From Alphaproteobacteria bacterium (GTDB taxonomy: Bacteria > Pseudomonadota > Alphaproteobacteria > Bin95), in NCBI GenBank assembly GCA_963665325.3, contig OZ224045.1, positions 736,001 to 800,000 on the forward strand: a stretch of 64,000 nucleotides of DNA. Reading direction: 5' to 3'. How positions within the stretch are numbered: position 1 is the first letter of the stretch; every line of letters starts with the position of its first letter. Below, in pieces: positions 61,701 to 64,000 of the stretch. The notes under the pieces are model-generated. The model was not told the origin of the DNA. It searched no databases and saw only the letters and a program-made list of their open reading frames with translations. Both the position numbers and the translations under genes were made by a program.

Positions 61701-64000
61701 GCCTGCTGGATGTCCACGACGAGCGGCGAAGGGTGCTGGAGGAAGAGGCCGAAACCGCTGGCTGCCCCGTCGCCGGACTGGAAGACTACCGGGCCTGGCG
61801 CGAGATGTCGGAACGCCTCACAGCGAACGGCAAAGCCCTGCTCGAAGAGGCGGGCGAGCGCGCCGGCGAGGCCGGACCGAAAATAGCGGAGCGGCTCGAC
61901 CGCCTCGCCGAAACCCTCCTCGTCGATGACGGCGTCTTGCAGTTCCTGGAGGCCTTGCAGGACGTGCGGGAGCGGGCGAAGGCGGCCGGCACGATCCCGT
62001 ACTACGCCGAGGGCCACGACCGTCTGCTGGAGATGGTCCATGCGCTGGCGCCGCACCGGATCGTGCCGTCGCAGGTACGGGCAGCGGTCGACGGGGTCAT
62101 TGCCGAGGCTGCCGCCTGCGAGGAACGCGAAGCGGAGCTCGTTGCGCTCGGGGAGGAAGCGGCGGCGCTAAGGGACGAGCGCGCAAGGCTGGAGTCTCTC
62201 GCCCGCAACGGACCGCCGATGCTGCTGGAGGACTGGCCCGCCTGGTCGGAGCGCTGCGAGGCCGCGGCGGAACGCCGGCGGGAGATGCAGGGCGATCCCG
62301 ACACATGGCGACCCCACCTGAAGGCGATCGGGACCGAGGCGGCGACGATCGCCGTGCTGGACCGGCTCGACGAACTCAGGAAGCACGATCCTGCATGGGC
62401 AGACCTCCACACCGCGCGCGGGACAATCCTGCAACAGGCGAGGGCCGCCGACCGGCCCCGGTTCTACCATGAGCGCTGGGACGGGTTCGTCGGTGAGGTT
62501 CGCGCCTTTGCCCGGCGCGAGGGCCTGTCCGATGCGGCGACCGCGATGGCGAGGCGCGTTCTGGCCCATGACGGCAGGTGCCGCGAGGCGCGCGCCGCCA
62601 TCGCCGATTTCCTCGACGGCGCCCGCGAGCACGGGCGCCGCTGGGACATTCTCGAACGCCAATACGGGCGGCGCAGCCGTCAGCGCCCGAATCTCTCGAT
62701 CACCGACTACCGGGGCTACAGACCGCTCTCGCAATTCGCGAAGGATCTGAGGGAAACGGCGGATCCGTTCCTCGGCGAGGTGAGCCGGCGCCGCCACGGC
62801 GTCGATTTCGACGGGGCATGGGACGGCGGCGCCTGCATCGCCGCCGAACTGGAGCGGCTCAGCCGGCATGACCCGCTGGATGACTTCCTGACCGTCATGG
62901 ACAGGCTGGACAAGGTGCGCCGCGAATCGGAGGCGGGCAATGTCCTGGCCTTCCACCATGACGACTGGTCCGGGATTGTCGATGACGCCGGGAAATTGAA
63001 GGACAAGGAGGCGCTGGAGGCGGCAGAGCGGCGCCGGCTGCAGGCGGTGCTCGACGAGCATGCGGACCGTGCGGCGGAATGGGCGATCATCGAGATGCTC
63101 CTCGACGACCTGGAAGAACTGAAGGAAGAGGAACGATCCCTCAGGGAGAAAGCGGAGCGCGAGGGGCTTCCGGCGACCCTGCTGCCCGAGTGGCGGGACT
63201 GGCATGACGCCAACCTGCATTTCGCGGAGGACGCCACAGCGGCGCTGGCCGATGACGACCTCCGGGAGAGCGGACATTGGCGGAGCCATCCGGACGTGCG
63301 GGACCTTCTTGAGGAAGCCAGGAATGCAGCGCCCGACCGCGGCCTGCTGCCGGAGACGGAAGAGGCGCTTGTCACGGACATGATCCGCGAGGAATGCGCG
63401 CGTCTTCGCGATCCGGAGGCCGAACATGCGTTCCAGCGCCGCTGGCCGGGAACCGAACCGCTTGTCGAAGGCGACCGGTTGCGCGTCGCCTACCATCCCG
63501 ATTTGCCGAACGGCGAACTGGTCGTGGTCGCGGCCGGACTGGCCGGCGGGCTGGCGCCGGAGGACCAGCTGGAACTGGAATGGATTGTTTCGGGGCCGAA
63601 ACCCGACGATCCACACGAAGACGTTCGCGCCGATGAACTCGCAAAAGGAACCGTTTGGCGCGCCGACTGGGTCCATGAGGAGTTGCGCAACGCGGCCCTG
63701 ATGCGGGAACGGCCCGTCTCGTCGGAAGGTTTCTCCCGCCTGTGCAAGGACGATGTCGTGGTCGGCGACCTGCTGCGCTGGAGCGAATACGCTCCGGCCG
63801 AGCCCTCGGCCGACGACCGTCTTGCCCGAACCGGCCGGGAGACCGTCGTGCATGTAGAGGCCGAGCTTCTCGACCGGCGCGCGGCACTGTTGCCGGATGC
63901 GGACATCTGCGTGCTGCGCGAGACGGCGCGCTCGGACGACCGGCCCTGCGGGGAGCGCTACCTGCCGCTTGCCAAACTGACCATGGGGGGCTGCCTGCGC
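58709..64000 (+). CDS. MobF (TrwC-like) relaxase-helicase with very long C-terminal extension (3' truncated)
   Basis: Absent from the ORF track, consistent with no in-frame stop before the window end. MVAKVRNL...EYFHEEGGYY, GFDITFSAPKSVS, FRHIASRNLDPQLHTH (HUH), GRAGTGKTT, LDEASM, LVGDRSQL, STVHGAQG, FYVEISRAR. Confidence 0.93.
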   Translation, partial: MVAKVRNLTSSSSTAEYFHEEGGYYAAAGGDREAARAKAAEHRLASAWHGQALAALGLKEGQKVSAGTFETLLQGHVPGTNIRLGRKRDGKHEHRPGFDITFSAPKSVSLAALLPTRKHPRGDRGVLRCHDEAVKATLEWIEETKLQTRGYDPATGRRPRVKGHGMAAALFRHIASRNLDPQLHTHAVVANMTRDGEGRWKSIEPTELHRNAILIGAYYRNELSRRLIAKGYSVLPAMAGRIRSFEIAGYDLRVRNAFSTRRRQILTWLDEQGWDHSQAAAQIAALATRKRKAEPLHAMLRTIWAARAEEIGEVPVVRRSWRGVSLPAAPSALEIVGRAMEHLEERQSVFAAHQLEAVALGHSPGRHTLEAIRDAIAWMVRDRHLVEATLRRADQSFVTDRALKAERKVIAAMKAGIGEGMALATEEQVAARLAGAGLTEGQEEAVRTILLTPDRIVGVQGRAGTGKTTMLSHVRELAGKRLVVGLAPSAAAARVLERETDMPARTLQWFLARCRAVDGAGPVIDRLRERFRGAVLVLDEASMVSTDQMKSLMRVAGELEVARLVLVGDRSQLRAVDAGQPFRLLQQAGMKTAEMNEILRQREPKLRAAVNAAQEGEPGEAVELLGSSVHEVPWDELGQKAAETWLALDPETRSRTLLVAPTHELRAEINAVVREALAAEGVLRGRALRIDRLVGLGMTRAEKADVRNYSEGDTVVPNQDLMNYRVKRDEALTVTGIEEDRVLLLHPDGRPRHVAPQQGHVRYRLDVYETQPIEIRAGDRIRWTRNDRKRDLVNGEHSEVVAIGPDRVRFRRADGRTFSLAHDDPQLRHLDHAWSSTVHGAQGSTADGVIAVLDSGHGALTDQSTFYVEISRARDSAVVLTDNCEQLVEVLEAHTGERATALEAVGEEIGPDIGPVRIPHKLPAWSVRGEWTELEEKARNEGTILFRVEGYDGLIGRTRRLDERYPGLPAPIREVVDGLLAYDRGCREGDRGAVEFLGLLDVHDERRRVLEEEAETAGCPVAGLEDYRAWREMSERLTANGKALLEEAGERAGEAGPKIAERLDRLAETLLVDDGVLQFLEALQDVRERAKAAGTIPYYAEGHDRLLEMVHALAPHRIVPSQVRAAVDGVIAEAAACEEREAELVALGEEAAALRDERARLESLARNGPPMLLEDWPAWSERCEAAAERRREMQGDPDTWRPHLKAIGTEAATIAVLDRLDELRKHDPAWADLHTARGTILQQARAADRPRFYHERWDGFVGEVRAFARREGLSDAATAMARRVLAHDGRCREARAAIADFLDGAREHGRRWDILERQYGRRSRQRPNLSITDYRGYRPLSQFAKDLRETADPFLGEVSRRRHGVDFDGAWDGGACIAAELERLSRHDPLDDFLTVMDRLDKVRRESEAGNVLAFHHDDWSGIVDDAGKLKDKEALEAAERRRLQAVLDEHADRAAEWAIIEMLLDDLEELKEEERSLREKAEREGLPATLLPEWRDWHDANLHFAEDATAALADDDLRESGHWRSHPDVRDLLEEARNAAPDRGLLPETEEALVTDMIREECARLRDPEAEHAFQRRWPGTEPLVEGDRLRVAYHPDLPNGELVVVAAGLAGGLAPEDQLELEWIVSGPKPDDPHEDVRADELAKGTVWRADWVHEELRNAALMRERPVSSEGFSRLCKDDVVVGDLLRWSEYAPAEPSADDRLARTGRETVVHVEAELLDRRAALLPDADICVLRETARSDDRPCGERYLPLAKLTMGGCLR

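Larger units (their letters stand above)
40900..64000. mobile_element. Integrative, probably mobilizable genomic island (left boundary approximate, right end beyond window)
   Basis: Abrupt switch after purH to three tyrosine recombinases, R-M/defence genes with visibly lower GC, an IS relic, HU and a MobF relaxase. Confidence 0.85.

Noticed and set aside
58694-63853. Long minus-strand ORFs (388, 458, 720 and 561 aa) over the right end
   Set aside because: Antisense shadows of the relaxase gene in GC-rich DNA; the plus frame from 58709 carries all the recognisable motifs.
1-64000. CRISPR array or cas genes
   Set aside because: No regularly spaced repeat-spacer series and no Cas-like ORF seen.

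Overview
High-GC bacterial DNA whose gene content looks alphaproteobacterial (an inference). Positions 1 to ~40.8 kb are core and metabolic chromosome: a sugar-type ABC transporter, an orphan Dam-family methyltransferase, selA-selB, an acyl-CoA ligase/branched-chain ABC cluster, prpB, ClC, CoA-thioester enzymes including a 3-sulfinopropionyl-CoA desulfinase homolog, cytochrome c'/b, prpF, xdhC/cox accessory genes and purH. From ~40.9 kb to the right edge lies an integrative, probably mobilizable element. It carries three tandem tyrosine recombinases (two paralogous arm-type integrases plus one Cre-like enzyme), a defence module (type I R-M with M48 peptidase, GmrSD-like nuclease, small putative winged-helix protein, IS66 relic), HU, two small ORFs, and a giant MobF relaxase-helicase of at least 1764 aa that runs off the window and is missing from the ORF track. 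The best candidate for an undescribed system is a degenerate ~42-bp direct repeat (45168-45209 and 56885-56926) that brackets the defence module directly downstream of the Cre-like recombinase, with a third, weaker inverted copy in a long hairpin upstream of the relaxase. This suggests a recombinase-exchangeable defence cassette, which is untested. No tRNA, rRNA or CRISPR array was found by eye.
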